Shown piece after piece: positions 1 through 13,520 of a stretch of 63,951 nucleotides of DNA. The position numbers were made by a program, and so were the translations under genes. The stretch comes from Macrostomum lignano (Eukaryota), in NCBI GenBank assembly GCA_002269645.1, contig NIVC01004025.1, forward strand, positions 1 through 63,951. The letters are read 5' to 3'. Positions within the stretch are counted from its first letter, which is position 1, and every line of letters begins with the position of its first letter. The notes under the pieces are model-generated. The model saw nothing but the letters and a program-made list of their open reading frames with translations, did not search any database and had not been told where the DNA came from.

Positions 1-1350
1 ATGAGAGAGGGAATGAGAGAGGGGATGAGAGAGGGACGAGAGAGGGATGAGAGAGGGGATGAGAGAGGGATGAGAGAGGGGATGAGAGAGGATGAGAGAG
101 GGGTGAAAGAGGATGAGAGAGGGGTGAGAGAGGGTGAGAGAGGGGGTGAAACAGAAAATGATCGAGAGGGGATGCAAGAGGGATGAGAGAGGGATGAGAG
201 AGGGATGAGAAAGGGACGAGAGAGGGATGAGAGAGGGATGAGAGAGGATGAGAGAGGGGATGAGAGAGGGGATGAGAGAGGGGATGAGAGAGGGGATGAG
301 AGAGGGATGAGAGAGGGGATGAGAGAGGGGATGAGAGAGGGGACGAGAGAGGGATGAGAGAGGGGAGAGAGGGGATGAGAGAGGGGATGAGAGAGGGGAC
401 GAGAGAGGGATGAGAGAGGGATGAGAGAGGGGATGAGAGAGGGGATGAGAGAGGGGGTGAAAGAGGGGATGAGAGAGGGTGAGAGAGGGGTGAGAGAGGG
501 GGTGAAACAGAAAATGATCGAGAGGGATGCAAGAGGGATGAGAGAGGGGATGAGAGAGGGGATGAGAGAGGGGACGAGAGAGGGGATGAGAGAGGGGATG
601 AGAGAGGGGATGAGAGAGGGGATGAGAGAGGGATGAGAGAGGGGATGAGAGAGGGGATGAGAGAGGGGAGAGAGAGGGATGAGAGAGGGGATGAGAGAGG
701 GGATGAGAGGGGATGAGAGAGGGACGAGAGAGGGGATGAGAGAGGGGATGAGAGAGGGGATGAGAGAGGGGGTGAGAGAGGGGGTGAGAGAGGGGATGAG
801 AGAGGGGATGAGAGAGGGGGTGAAAGAGGGGATGAGAGAAGAGTGAGAGAGGGGATGAGAGAAATGATGCGAGAGGGGATGCAAGAGGGATGAGAGAGGG
901 GATGAGAGAGGGGATGAGAGAGGGGATGAGAGAGGGATGAGAGAGGGGATGAGAGAGGGGTGAAAGAGGGGATGAGAGAAGAGTGAGAGAGGGGATGAGA
1001 GAAATGATGCGAGAGGGGATGCAATAGGGGATGAGAGGGGATGAGAGAGGGGATGAGAGAGGGACGAGAGAGGGGATGAGAGAGGGGATGAGAGAGGGGA
1101 TGAGAGGGGATGAGAGAGGGGATGAGAGGGGATGAGAGAGGGGATGAGAGAGGGGATGAGAGAGGGATGAGAGAGGGACGAGAGAGGGGATGAGAGAGGG
1201 GATGAGAGAGGGATGAGAGAGGGGTGAGAGAGGGGACGAGAGAGGGGATGAGAGAGGGGATGAGAGAGGGGATGAGAGAGGGGGTGAAAGAGGGATGAGA
1301 GAAGAGTGAGAGAGGGGATGAGAGAAATGATGCGAGAGGGGGTGAGAGGG
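1..1350. repeat. Purine-rich ~12-bp minisatellite (ATGAGAGAGGGG)n, truncated by window start
   Basis: Direct reading; degenerate tandem copies with occasional GAAACAGAAAATGATCG interruptions. Confidence 0.95.
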
Positions 1351-1894
1351 TCACCAAAGCCTCGCTAAATCAATAAAATCATAGTCATAACACACACGGA
1401 GAAAGCAGACAGAACTGCGCAGTAAAAAGTCTCCTGAAAAAGCTCCCCCCGCTTCCAACTGTTGGAAGATATATTAATATTATTCGAAAGGGCGGACCTC
1501 AGCAAGGAATGACTACATGTAGAGAGAGGTCAAAGGATTTTATTACCCTTCCGAACCTGATGGGCCGTCAAGGAGAGCGTCTGATAAGGATAAAGTCGAA
1601 AGGTAACCAAGGTAACCTGCTGCCCAGACTTGAAACAGCAAAAAGGTAGTCTTCAGAGTGGCAGAAAAACAAAGGTGCCAATGTTTTTCAAGTGTCAAGA
1701 CTGCTGGTCCGTAACTTAGGCGAAAAGCAGTGCAAATTATAACACTTGGTGGTTTACAAGCAACCTGCCAAGAGAGCTGCGCCGACCACTGAATGTCTCT
1801 GGTGCAATATCTGCTGTCTTTTATTGTTTTATTTTGTTTTGAAAATAATTATACGACGACTGACTACTGACTGTCATTTGATGACGCCCACAGT

Positions 1895-2320
1895 GTATCT
1901 TCCACTGACACCCCAATGTCTCCGACTGACACTCCAATGTCTCCTACTGACACCCCAATGTCTTCCAATGACACTCCAATGTCTTCCACTGACACCCCAA
2001 TGTCTCCTACTGACACCCCAATGTCTTCCAATGACACTCCAATGTCTCCTACTGACACTCCAATGTCTCCTACTGACACCGCAATGTCTCCTACTGACAC
2101 CGCAATGTCTCCTACTGACACTCCAATGTCTCCTACTGACACTCCAATGTCTCCTACTGACACTCCAATGTCTCCTACTGACACTCCAATGTCTCCTACT
2201 GACACTCCAATGTCTCCTACTGACACTCCAATGTCTCCTACTGACACTCCAATGTCTCCTACTGACACCGCAATGTCTCCTACTGACACCGCAATGTCTT
2301 CTACCAACACTCCGATGTCT
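1895..2320. repeat. 21-bp minisatellite (CAATGTCTCCTACTGACACTC)n
   Basis: About 20 tandem copies; gives the 7-aa periodic ORFs in several frames. Confidence 0.95.
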
Positions 2321-2734
2321 CGAGTTATTCAATCTTTATTGAAAAAAGTCTCTTCAACAGGATTTGAATATATTTAATCCCCGCTAATTTCATTGCAGAA
2401 AAATATATTCCTACAGCAGACATTGCATTGCTCACCTGTTCACTCAGCTGTGTCAGCCTAATGCTTTGTCTCTATTAATATTTTTGTTAAAATTGCAATC
2501 AGAAAGGCTCACTGCTTTTACCCTGCAGCTATGCTGAAATGATTTTCATGCCTTTTTTTAAAATAAATACAAATCAAAATCCTTGAAACAATATTGCTCT
2601 GCAGACAATTCCTATCTACGAAAGCAGTTATTAAAAAAAATTTGAAAGGGAAACAATCTACCTAAGCAAACATTAGAGATTTTCAACTGAGATTTTGTAA
2701 CATAATCTAGCTTTTACCATACAGTAAATTTGTG

Positions 2735-3185
2735 ACAGTCAAAATGTGACTGACAGTCAAATTGATACTGATAGTAAAAATGTCACTGATAGTCAAATGT
2801 CACTGACAGTCAAATGTCACTGACAGTCAAATGTCACTGATAGTCAAATGTCACTGACAGTCAAATGTCACTGACAGTCAAATGTCACTGATAGTAAAAA
2901 CTCACTGATACTCAAATGTCACTGATAGTAAAAAGTCACTTATAGTGAAATGTCACTGACATTCAAATGTCACTGATAGTACAGGCGAAATGTCACCGAC
3001 AGTCAAATGTCACTGATAGTAAAAACTCACTGATACTCGAATGTCACTGATAGTAAAAAGTCACTGATAGTAAAAAGTCACTGATAGTAAAAAGTCACTG
3101 ATAGTGAAATGCCACTGGCAGTCAAATGTCACTGATAGTAAAAAGTCACTGACAGGCAAAATGTCACTGACAGGCAAAATGTCAC
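2735..3185. repeat. ~17-bp minisatellite (GTCAAATGTCACTGACA)n
   Basis: Degenerate tandem copies with the near-palindrome TGTCA-C-TGACA. Confidence 0.9.
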
Positions 3186-3619
3186 TTGAACTGACTTTCC
3201 TAAATACTAAATGATTATCAATTCAAGCATCAAGCTTTATTTGAGAACAGTCCGAGCGAACGGCAGAAAGGAGCATTCATAAGTCAAAACCGCACCATCT
3301 TCTTCAGAATCTCTGCGAAACTGAATAGCCGGATTTCGAGGGGTAAAGGGATATTTATCCCAAAGCGAAATCCCAAAGAGGGGATTTCCAATTCCGCTGC
3401 TTTCCCAACTCATACCAATGGCTAATGGATCTCTAGTAGTTATCCCCCACTCTCCCTTACATCCCCGCACTCATGCCGGCAATGCTCATTTCTTTATCCT
3501 CTTACATTTCTATAAATCCCAATTTTCCTATAACGAGAAGAGGGGAGGGGGGTTTATTGTGCTAAAACATTATCCCATCACAACTATTCAAACGATGATT
3601 GAAATTCGAAATGTCGCAG

Positions 3620-3800
3620 CCCTGAGGGCCAGCCCCCAGGGCGCAGAGAGTGCACATGCCTGACGATTGGAAAGACAGATGGCCGCAGTACACCCCGTGT
3701 GAGCGTGTGGATGAGTGCGGGCCTGTGTACAGTATTGGCGCGCTTGTAGTTGTGCTCAGGGGTCAGCTGACTGGGCAGAATTGGCGTCAGCGATTGTGTT
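3620..3800 (+). mobile_element. Diverged internal fragment of the SINE family seen at 23993-24362
   Basis: Colinear blocks shared with 24120-24295: GGCGCAG..GTGCACATGCCTGACGATTG vs GGCGCAG..GTGTACATGCCTAACAATTG, GTGTGAG, GCGCGCTTGTA..TGCTCAGGGG; no tRNA head or TSD seen. Confidence 0.55.
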
Positions 3801-4054
3801 TGCATGTCTGACACACTATCAATAACGTATAGGCTGCTAAAACATCTCTATCAACAATTACATTAACAGTGTCCACTTAACTGTCTACTCCATTATCTTT
3901 TTAGCTATCTACCCAACTGTTTGTTCTATTGTATGAGCCGTATATCACAATATAAGTTTACCCGACAACACACCGGATAAGCTAGCCCACTATCTAATTC
4001 AGAATGCGAGCTAAAATTCATCCATTGTCTACCAAACCAAATATCTACGCGGCT

Positions 4055-4562
4055 AACTACCCCACTATCTACCCTACTATCTACCCAGTTATCTACCCCA
4101 CTATCTACCCCATTATCTACCCCACTATCTACATCACTATCTACCCCACTATCTACGCTACTATCTACCCAATTATCTAACCCACTATCTACCCAATTAT
4201 CTACCCTACTTTCTACCCTACTTTCTACCCGACTATCTACCCAAATATCTACCCCACTATCTACCCAATTATCTACCCCACTATCTACCCAATTATCTAC
4301 CCTACTTTCTACCCTACTTTCTACCCCACTATCTACCCAAATATCTACCCCACTATCTACCCAATTATCTACCCCACTATCTACCCAATTATCTATCCCA
4401 CTATCTACACCAATATCTACCCAATTATCTACCCCACTATCTACCCAATTATCTATCCCACTATCTACACCAATATCTACTCCACTATCTACCCTACTAT
4501 CTACCCAATTATCTACCCGACTATCTACCCCACTATCTACCCAACTTTCTACCCCACTATCT
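4055..4562. repeat. ~12-bp minisatellite (CTATCTACCCCA/TTATCTACCCAA)n
   Basis: Tandem copies starting ~15 bp beyond the Kv exon donor at 4577. Confidence 0.9.
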
Positions 4563-4577
4563 ACTCCGCAGTCTCAC

Positions 4578-5327
4578 CAGAAACGGCAGTAACGGATCCA
4601 ATGATGAAGCCGGGCCCGCCCTTGGGCACAATGTCGCCATATCCAACGGTAGTCAAGGTGACAATGCTCCACCAGAAGGCGTGCGGTATGTCGCTGAAGG
4701 TGTCAATCTGATTGTACTCGGCCATGTACACCATGGAGCTGAACAGGAACATGCCATTCATCAGCAGGAAGCCCAGCAGCACCAGCTCCGGGATGGACTT
4801 CTTCACAGTCAGCATCAGCACCCGGAGGCCTCTGCTAATCTTGCTGATCTTGAAGATTCTAAGAATTCGAAGAGCCTGCGACATTGACAGGACGTTGAGC
4901 CACCAAATGCTGACCAGGGGCTCCTCGAGTTCCATGGAGTTCTTCAACTCGTCCGCGTTCGGGCGGTAGTAATAGAAGAAGAACAAGGACACGTAGATCC
5001 AATAAGATCCCAGAATGATGATGTCCATTATTGATATTGGCGATCGAAGGAATTTCGGTTTATCCGGCGAGACAATTAGTTTGATGAAGAATTCAAAGGT
5101 GAAAAAAGCGTTCAAAGTGATGTCGACAACAACTAGCGCTGCCAGGGCTCCGTTTCGCAGTCCTTGCGAATTTTGGGATTTTCAAACCGATTGGCGTGGC
5201 TGCAGAGGCCGTCTGTTGAGTTGCTCCATTGGATCTTATTGCTGGGAGTTCGGAAGGCCAGGTGAGTCTGCAGGCAGTAGCACATCACGCTGCAAATCAT
5301 CAGCAGGAGCAGCAGCATCGCCCACAA
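4578..5327 (-). CDS. Shaw: Shaw/Kv3-type voltage-gated K+ channel, exon covering S1-S5, pore and start of S6 (apparent frameshift at ~5145)
   Basis: Acceptor ccaacag|TTG TGG (phase 0); S1 LWAMLLLLLMICSVMCYCLQTH; after a 1-nt shift AALVVVDITLNAFFTFEF (S2), S4 LRILRIFKISKISRGLRVL, pore FWWSIVTLTTVGYGDIVPK; donor TCT G|GTGAGA (phase 1). Confidence 0.9.
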
Positions 5328-5454
5328 CTGTTGGTTGCAATTGGGGGGGAGCGGTTCCACTGGGATCATTGACGTTATTTTTATTGCGTTATTCTCACGT
5401 ACTTTGGCGGAGTGATAAACAATTGGAGATCGAGTGGGGAGAGGGTGCGACGAA

Positions 5455-7580
5455 TAGGGAGACACGGAGAGGGAGACACTGAGAGGGAGACACGGAGAGG
5501 GAGATAACGAGAGGGAGACACGGAGAGGAAGATAACGAGAGGGAGACACGGAGAGGAAGATAACGAGAGGGAGACAACGAGAGGGAGACACGGAGAGGGA
5601 GACACGGAGAGGGAGACACGGAGAGGGAGACACTGAGAGGGAGACACGGAGAGGGGAACACGGAGAGGGAGACACGGAGAGGGAGACACGGAGAGGGAGA
5701 CACGGAGAGGGAGACACTGAGAGGGAGACACGGAGAGGGAGATAACGAGAGGGAGACACGGAGAGGGAGACACGGAGAGGGAGACACTGAGAAGGAGACA
5801 TGAAGAGGGAGACACGGAGAGGGAGATAACGAGAGGGAGACACTGAGAGGGAGACACGGAGAGGGAGATAACGAGAGGGAGATAACGCGAGGAGATAACG
5901 AGAGGGAGACACGGAGAGGGAGACACGGAGAGGGAGACACGGAGAGGGAGACACGGAGAGGGAGACACTAAGAGGGAGACACAGAGAGGCACGGAGAGGG
6001 AGACACGAAGAGGGAGACACGAAGAGGGAGACACGAAGAGGGAGACACGGAGAGGGAGATAACGAGAGGGAGACACGGAGAGGAAGATAACGAGAGGGAG
6101 ACACGGAGATGAAGATAACGAGAGGGAGACAACGAGAGGGAGACACGGAGAGGGAGACACTGAGAGGGAGACACGGAGAGGGAGACACGGAGAGGGAGAC
6201 ACGGAGAGGGAGACACGGAGAGGGAGACACGGAGAGGGAGACACTGAGAGGGAGACACGGAGAAGGAGATAACGAGAGGGAGATAACGAGAGGGAGATAA
6301 CGAGAGGGAGACACGGAGAGGGAGACACTGAGAGGGAGACACGGAGAGGGAGACACGGAGAGGGAGACACTGAGAGGGAGACACGGAGAGGGAGACACTG
6401 AGAAGGAGACATGAAGAGGGAGACACGGAGAGGAAGATAACGAGAGGGAGACAACGAGAGGGAGACACGGAGAGGGAGACACGGAGAGGGAGACACGGAG
6501 AGGGAGACACTGAGAGGGAGACACGGAGAGGGGAACACGGAGAGGGAGACACGGAGAGGGAGACACGGAGAGGGAGACACGGAGAGGGAGACACTGAGAG
6601 GGAGACACGGAGAGGGAGACACGGAGAGGGAGACACTGAGAGGGAGACACGGAGAGGAAGACACTGAGAAAGAGACATGAAGAGGGAGACACGGAGAGGG
6701 AGATAACGAGAGGGAGACACTGAGAGGGAGACACGGAGAGGGAGATAACGAGAGGGAGATAACGAGAGGGAGATAACGAGAGGGAGACACGGAGAGGGAG
6801 ACACTGAGAGGGAGACACGGAGAGGGAGACACGGAGAGGGAGACACTGAGAGGGAGACACAGAGAGGCACGGAGAGGGAGACACGAAGAGGGAGACACGA
6901 AGAGGGAGACACGAAGAGGGAGACACGGAGAGGGAGATAACGAGAGGGAGACACGGAGAGGAAGATAACGAGAGGGAGACACGGAGATGAAGATAACGAG
7001 AGGGAGACAACGAGAGGGAGACACGGAGAGGGAGACACTGAGAGGGAGACACGGAGAGGGAGACACGGAGAGGGAGACACGGAGAGGGAGACACGGAGAG
7101 GGAGACACTGAGAGGGAGACACGGAGAAGGAGATAACGAGAGGGAGATAACGAGAGGGAGATAACGAGAGGGAGACACGGAGAGGGAGACACTGAGAGGG
7201 AGACACGGAGAGGGAGACACGGAGAGGGAGACACTGAGAGGGAGACACGGAGAGGGAGACACTGAGAAGGAGACATGAAGAGGGAGACACGGAGAGGGAG
7301 ATAACGAGAGGGAGACACTGAGAGGGAGACACGGAGAGGGAGATAACGAGAGGGAGATAACGAGAGGGAGATAACGAGAGGGAGACACGGAGAGGGAGAC
7401 ACTGAGAGGGAGACACGGAGAGGGAGACACGGAGAGGGAGACACTGAGAGGGAGACACAGAGAGGCACGGAGAGGGAGACACGAAGAGGGAGACACGAAG
7501 AGGGAGACACGAAGAGGGAGACACGGAGAGGGAGATAACGAGAGGGAGACACGGAGAGGGAGACACGAAGAGGGAGACAC
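5455..7580. repeat. 14-bp minisatellite (GAGAGGGAGACACG)n with higher-order variant blocks
   Basis: About 150 degenerate copies in Kv intron 1; source of the 500-800 aa SPSxCLPL pseudo-ORFs. Confidence 0.95.
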
Positions 7581-8068
7581 TCCTAAAAGAGTCGGTCACG
7601 TTGGCTGAGACATACAATGAGTTCGCAGCTCTTTTCACCAGTCGGAAATTCAAATTTCAGAATGATTTGCGGTGGTTTTTTTCACCGTGACCGATTTCGC
7701 AGACTGGATTGGGGCGGCCCTCGCGGCGCAGCCACTTCAGACATTTTGCACTACTAGAATAAACCCCATTTCAGCTTTTAATATCCTGCCGCTGCTGCTG
7801 TTGCTGCGGCTGGTCAGACCATTCGAAGTGCTCCACGCTTCGCGGCGAAAGGATGAAAAATAAGAAAAGATCCCTTGCAGTTGTGAGTTGCTCCCAATTT
7901 TCCAGAACTTGGCAATATCCTTATTTGCGGTTGTAAATTCTGGGCAGCAATATCTATTTTCGGTCGAGAGTGAAAATAACTTGCGAAATTCCTGTCTATT
8001 CATCTCCCCTCGCCTCCTGGCTGTCTGGGCTCGGCTTTTATAGCCGCCTTCCGGACCCAACTGTGTCT

Positions 8069-9093
<1,025 letters not shown>

Positions 9094-9623
9094 AATCATC
9101 TATTCCCATAAGCTGAAACCGGCCCCTCAAATGCCGCAATGTCAGCAAGGGTTTGAAAGTGGCAGAGGTACTGTATTGCAGCAGAGCGAAGAGCCAGCAT
9201 TCACAGTACTGAGCTACAGAGAGACAGATTTGCATTCGGTATAGAAAATCAATACTGAATAAAAAATCCCTAACCCGTTGAGACAAGAAATATTTCCAGT
9301 TGGTAATCGCACAGAGACTATTCAATCTCGGGATAAGAAATTTTCAGATTTCAGAAAATATCTAGCAGAAAAAGGCCGCATGATTGCAGGCCATGTATTT
9401 TACTGGCCTGAAGTGCCCCGATCTATAATAACCCGCATCTAAAAATCGTGCCTTTCGGTGGGATATGTTCGAGAGAAAGGAACACACTGGTAGAAAATTT
9501 CAGAATATCCGCTTTTTTTCTGATTTTTTCTGTTGGCACTTCATCGACTTTGCGCTTAGGAGCTGGCAGCCAAACGCGAATTTCGCAGCGTTGAAAGCTG
9601 AAGAAAGAGAGAGAGAGAGAGAG

Positions 9624-9663
<40 letters not shown>

Positions 9664-9909
9664 TGGGAGCGGTTTTAATCTTCCCAAATCTGCACCGCTG
9701 CACTGCAGTTCCTGTTTTCTTCCCCTTTTCGCTGCTTTGGTTGCTCCCCTGACCCTACAGTGGAGACCAACTGTTCTATAATATTAGTGGAATTTTAGCA
9801 GCAAACTCTGCGGCTCTTAACTTATCAATGGAATGCGATAAGTGCACCGCTGGCTGATATGGCCTCGCAGCAATGCTGCTCACGTGCGCACACTGACTGC
9901 TCCTCACTG

Positions 9910-10690
9910 TCTTCCCCCTCTCTTCCCTCCCCTCACTTACCCTCACTTCCCCTCACTTCCCCTCTCTTCCCCTCACTTCCCCTCACTTCCCCTCACTTCC
10001 CCTCACTTCCCCTCACTTCCCCTCACTTCCCCTCACTTCCCCTCACTTCCCCTCACTTCCCCTCACTTCCCCTCAATTCCCCTCGCTTCCCCTCACTTCC
10101 CCTCACTTCCCCTCACTTCCCCTCACTTCCCCTCACTTCCCCTCACTTCCCCTCTCTTCCCCTCACTTCCCCTCACTTCCCCTCACTTCCCCTCTCTTCC
10201 CCTCACTTCCCCTCACTTCCCCTCTCTTCCCCTCTCTTCCCTTCCCTCACTTCCCCTCTCTTCCCCCCTCTTTCCCCTCTCTTCCCTCCCCTCACTTCCC
10301 CTCACTTCCCCTCACTTCCCCTCACTTCCCCTCTCTTCCCCTCTCTTCCCCTCTCTTCCCCTCACTTCCCCTCACATCCCCTCACTTCCCCTCACTTCCC
10401 CTCTCTTCCCCTCTCTTCCCTTCCCTCACTTCCCCTCTCTTCCCCTCTCTTCCCTCACTTCCCCTCACTTCCCCTCACTTCCCCTCACTTCCCCTCACTT
10501 CCCCTCACTTCCCCTCACTTCCCCTCTCTTCCCCTCTCTTCCCCTCTTCCCCCTCTCTTCCCTTCCCTCTTTTCCCCTCTCTTCCCCCTCTTTCCCCTCT
10601 CTTCCCTCCCCTCACTTCCCCTCACTTCCCCTCTCTTCCCCTCACTTCCCCTCTCTTCCCCTCTCTTCCCCCTCTTCCCCCTCTCTTCCC
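9910..10690. repeat. 10-bp polypyrimidine repeat (CTTCCCCTCA/CTTCCCCTCT)n
   Basis: Direct reading. Confidence 0.95.
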
Positions 10691-11164
10691 CTGTCTACCA
10701 ATCTATTTCCCTCTATTTCCGATTCTCACCCCTCTTTCCCTCTTTTCCCCTCTATTTTCCCCTCTCTTCCATCCCCTTTCTCCAACCTGTGCACTACAAA
10801 TGCTTTATAAAATACATCGCAAACCCGCTCCTGTCAGTTCCACACCGGCATGGGAAGCCCTGTAATAGCTGCGCAATGCATATCGTCATCTCTCTTCCCC
10901 AGGCTCCCCCTCGCAACAGATACCTCGCCCCTGTGCGTAGTCAATCATAGTTTAATTATCTCAGACCGCAACATGAGCCCAGGGCCTCAAAGTGGAAAAA
11001 TTATCCCTAGAAACATTAGATAACTCTTGTAGCGAATTGTACCCAACTGTCGAGTCGAATAGGCTTCCAATCCAGTTGATTTTAGAGGTCCATGCAAAGC
11101 TGACAGCAAAAAAGATCATATTGATAATCCCGATGATAATATAAATAATAATAAATACGAGAGG

Positions 11165-11720
11165 GTAGGAGAGCGGAAGAGAGGGGAAGAGAGCGGAAGA
11201 GAGGGGAAGAGAGCGGAAGAGAGGGGAAGAGAGCGGAAGAGAGGGGAAGAGAGGGGAAAAGAACGGAAGAGAGGGGAAGAGAGCAGAAGAGAGGGGAAGA
11301 GAGGGGAAGAGAGCAGAAGAGAGGGGAAGAGAGGGGAAGAGAGGGGAAGAGAGGGGAAGAGAGCGGAAGAGAGAGGAAGAGAGTAGAAGAGAGGGGAAGA
11401 GAGTAGAAGAGAGGGGAAGAGAGTAGAAGAGAGGGGAAGAGAGAGGAAGATAGCAGAAGAGAGGGGAAGAGAGGGGAAGATAGCAGAAGAGAGGGGAAGT
11501 GAGGGGAAGTGAGGGGAAGAGAGGGGAAGATAGCAGAAGAGAGGGGAAGAGAGGGGAAGATAGCAGAAGAGAGGGGAAGAGAGAGGAAGAGAGCGGAACA
11601 GAGGGGAAGAGAGTGGAAGAGAGGGGAAGAGAGTGGAAGAGAGGGGAAGAGAGTGGAAGAGAGGGGAAGAGAGGGGAAGACAGCGGAAGAGAGGGGAAGA
11701 CAGCGGAAGAGAGGGGAAGA
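11165..11720. repeat. 10-bp polypurine repeat (AGAGGGGAAG)n
   Basis: Direct reading; reverse complement of the 9910-10690 unit. Confidence 0.95.
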
Positions 11721-12349
11721 AACCAAGGGTCCGGAGCCAGCTGAACTGAGAGGGGTCGATAAGCCAGTTGTCATCAAAGCCAGTTTTACTTCAGAAGCAG
11801 CAAATCAGTTTTCAGCTGTTTCCGTGTCAGCGCGAACAGTGCGAGGGCGAACTTATTATTTAATGACTGCGGACCACAGCAGGGTCGGTTAATCTTCAGA
11901 TCGTTTGATTTCATTCGCGGAGAGACAGGCGGGGTGGAGAGAGCTGGTAGTATCGACCGGCTTGTCAGATTTCACTGAACAGAAGTCTGAGTCGACTTTT
12001 ATTATAACACTCACTACTGGCTTAGGAGGGGTTGCAGGGTGGGGCTCGGGGGAGAGAGGTCGGGGCTCCGAAGGGAAGATTTCGCATTGATTTGCTTTCT
12101 TCCCACCAGTCGATCCAAACTCGCTCTTACGCACGGATCGTTCGTGAAATTCCATTTCCAATTTTCAGTTCATTTTTCCCATAGCTCGATACTTTGTCTA
12201 ACAATTGGCCAAATCGACTTGCCATTGACTTCCCCGAAACTAAGGGGAAAAAGAACAGGGAGAAATCATGTTTTATGTTTTATAATTTAGCATTAACGGC
12301 TGAATTTAGAATAGGGACATTCTGCTTTTCCGGGGGATAATTTGGAAGG

Positions 12350-13520
12350 AGGGAAAGAGGATAGGAAGAGGATGGGAAGAGGAGGGGAAAAGGAGGGAAG
12401 AGGAGGGGAAGAGGAGGGGAAGAGGAGGGGAAGAGGAGGGGAAGAGGAGGGGAAGAGGAGGGGAAGAGGAATAGAAGAGGAGGGGAAAAGGAGGGGAAGA
12501 GGAGGAGAAGAGGAGGGGAAGAGGAATATAAGAGTAGGGGAAAATTGAGGGGAAGAGGAGGAGAAGAGGAATGGAAGAGGAGGGGAAGAGGAATGGAAGA
12601 GGAGGGGAAGAGGAATGGGAGAGGAGGGGAAGAGGAATAGAAGAGGAGGGGAAGAGGAGGGGAAGAGGGGGGAAGAGGAGGGGAAGAGGGGGGAAGAGGA
12701 GGGGAAGAGGAATAGAAGAGGAGGGGAAGAGGAATAGAAGAGGAGGGGAAGAAGAGGGGAAGAGGGGGGAAGAGGAGGGGAAGAGGAATAGAAGAGGAGG
12801 GGAAAAGGAGGGGAAGAGGAGGAGAAGAGGAATTGAAGAGGAGGGGAAGAGGAGGGGAAGAGGAATAGAAGAGGAGGGGAAGAGGAGGGGAAGAGGGGAA
12901 GAGGAGGGGGAGAGGAGGGGAAGAGGAATAGAAGAGGAATGGAAGAGGAATGGAAGAGGAATGGAAGAGGAGGGGAAGAGGAGGGGAAGAGGAATGGAAG
13001 AGGAATGGAAGAGGAGGGGAAGAGGAGGGGAAGAGGAGAGGAAGAGGAGGGGAAGAGGGGGAAGAGGAGGGGAAGAGGAATAGAAGAGGAGGGGAAGAAG
13101 AGGGGAAGAGGGGGGAAGAGGAGGGGAAGAGGAGGAGAAGAGGAATGGAAGAGGAATGGAAGAGGAGGGGAAGAGGAGGGGAAGAGGAATAGAAGAGGAG
13201 GGGAAGAGGAGGGGAAGAGGAATGGAAGAGGAGGGGAAGAGGAGGGGAAGAGGAATAGAAGAGGAATGGAAGAGGAATGGAAGAGGAATGGAAGAGGAGG
13301 GGAAGAGGAGGGGAAGAGGAGGGGAAGAGGAGGGGAAGAGGAGGGGAAGAGGAGGGGAAGAGGGGGGAGAGGAGAGGAGGAGGAGGGGAAGAGGAGGGGA
13401 ATAGGAGGGGAAGAGGGGGGAAGAGGAGGGGAAGAGGAATAGAAGAGGAGGGGAAGAGGAGGGGAAGAGGAGGGGAAGAGGGGGAAGAGGAGGGGAAGAG
13501 GAATGGAAGAGGAGAGGAAG
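12350..13520. repeat. ~11-bp polypurine repeat (GAGGAGGGGAA)n
   Basis: Direct reading. Confidence 0.95.

Noticed and set aside
5165-5185. Programmed -1 ribosomal frameshift at CCCAAAA in the Kv gene
   Set aside because: The heptamer is out of phase with the S1 reading frame; a homopolymer deletion explains the shift more simply
7672-7863. LLLLRLVRPF S4-like peptide in Kv intron 1 on the plus strand
   Set aside because: Short, opposite strand, no supporting channel motifs or splice context
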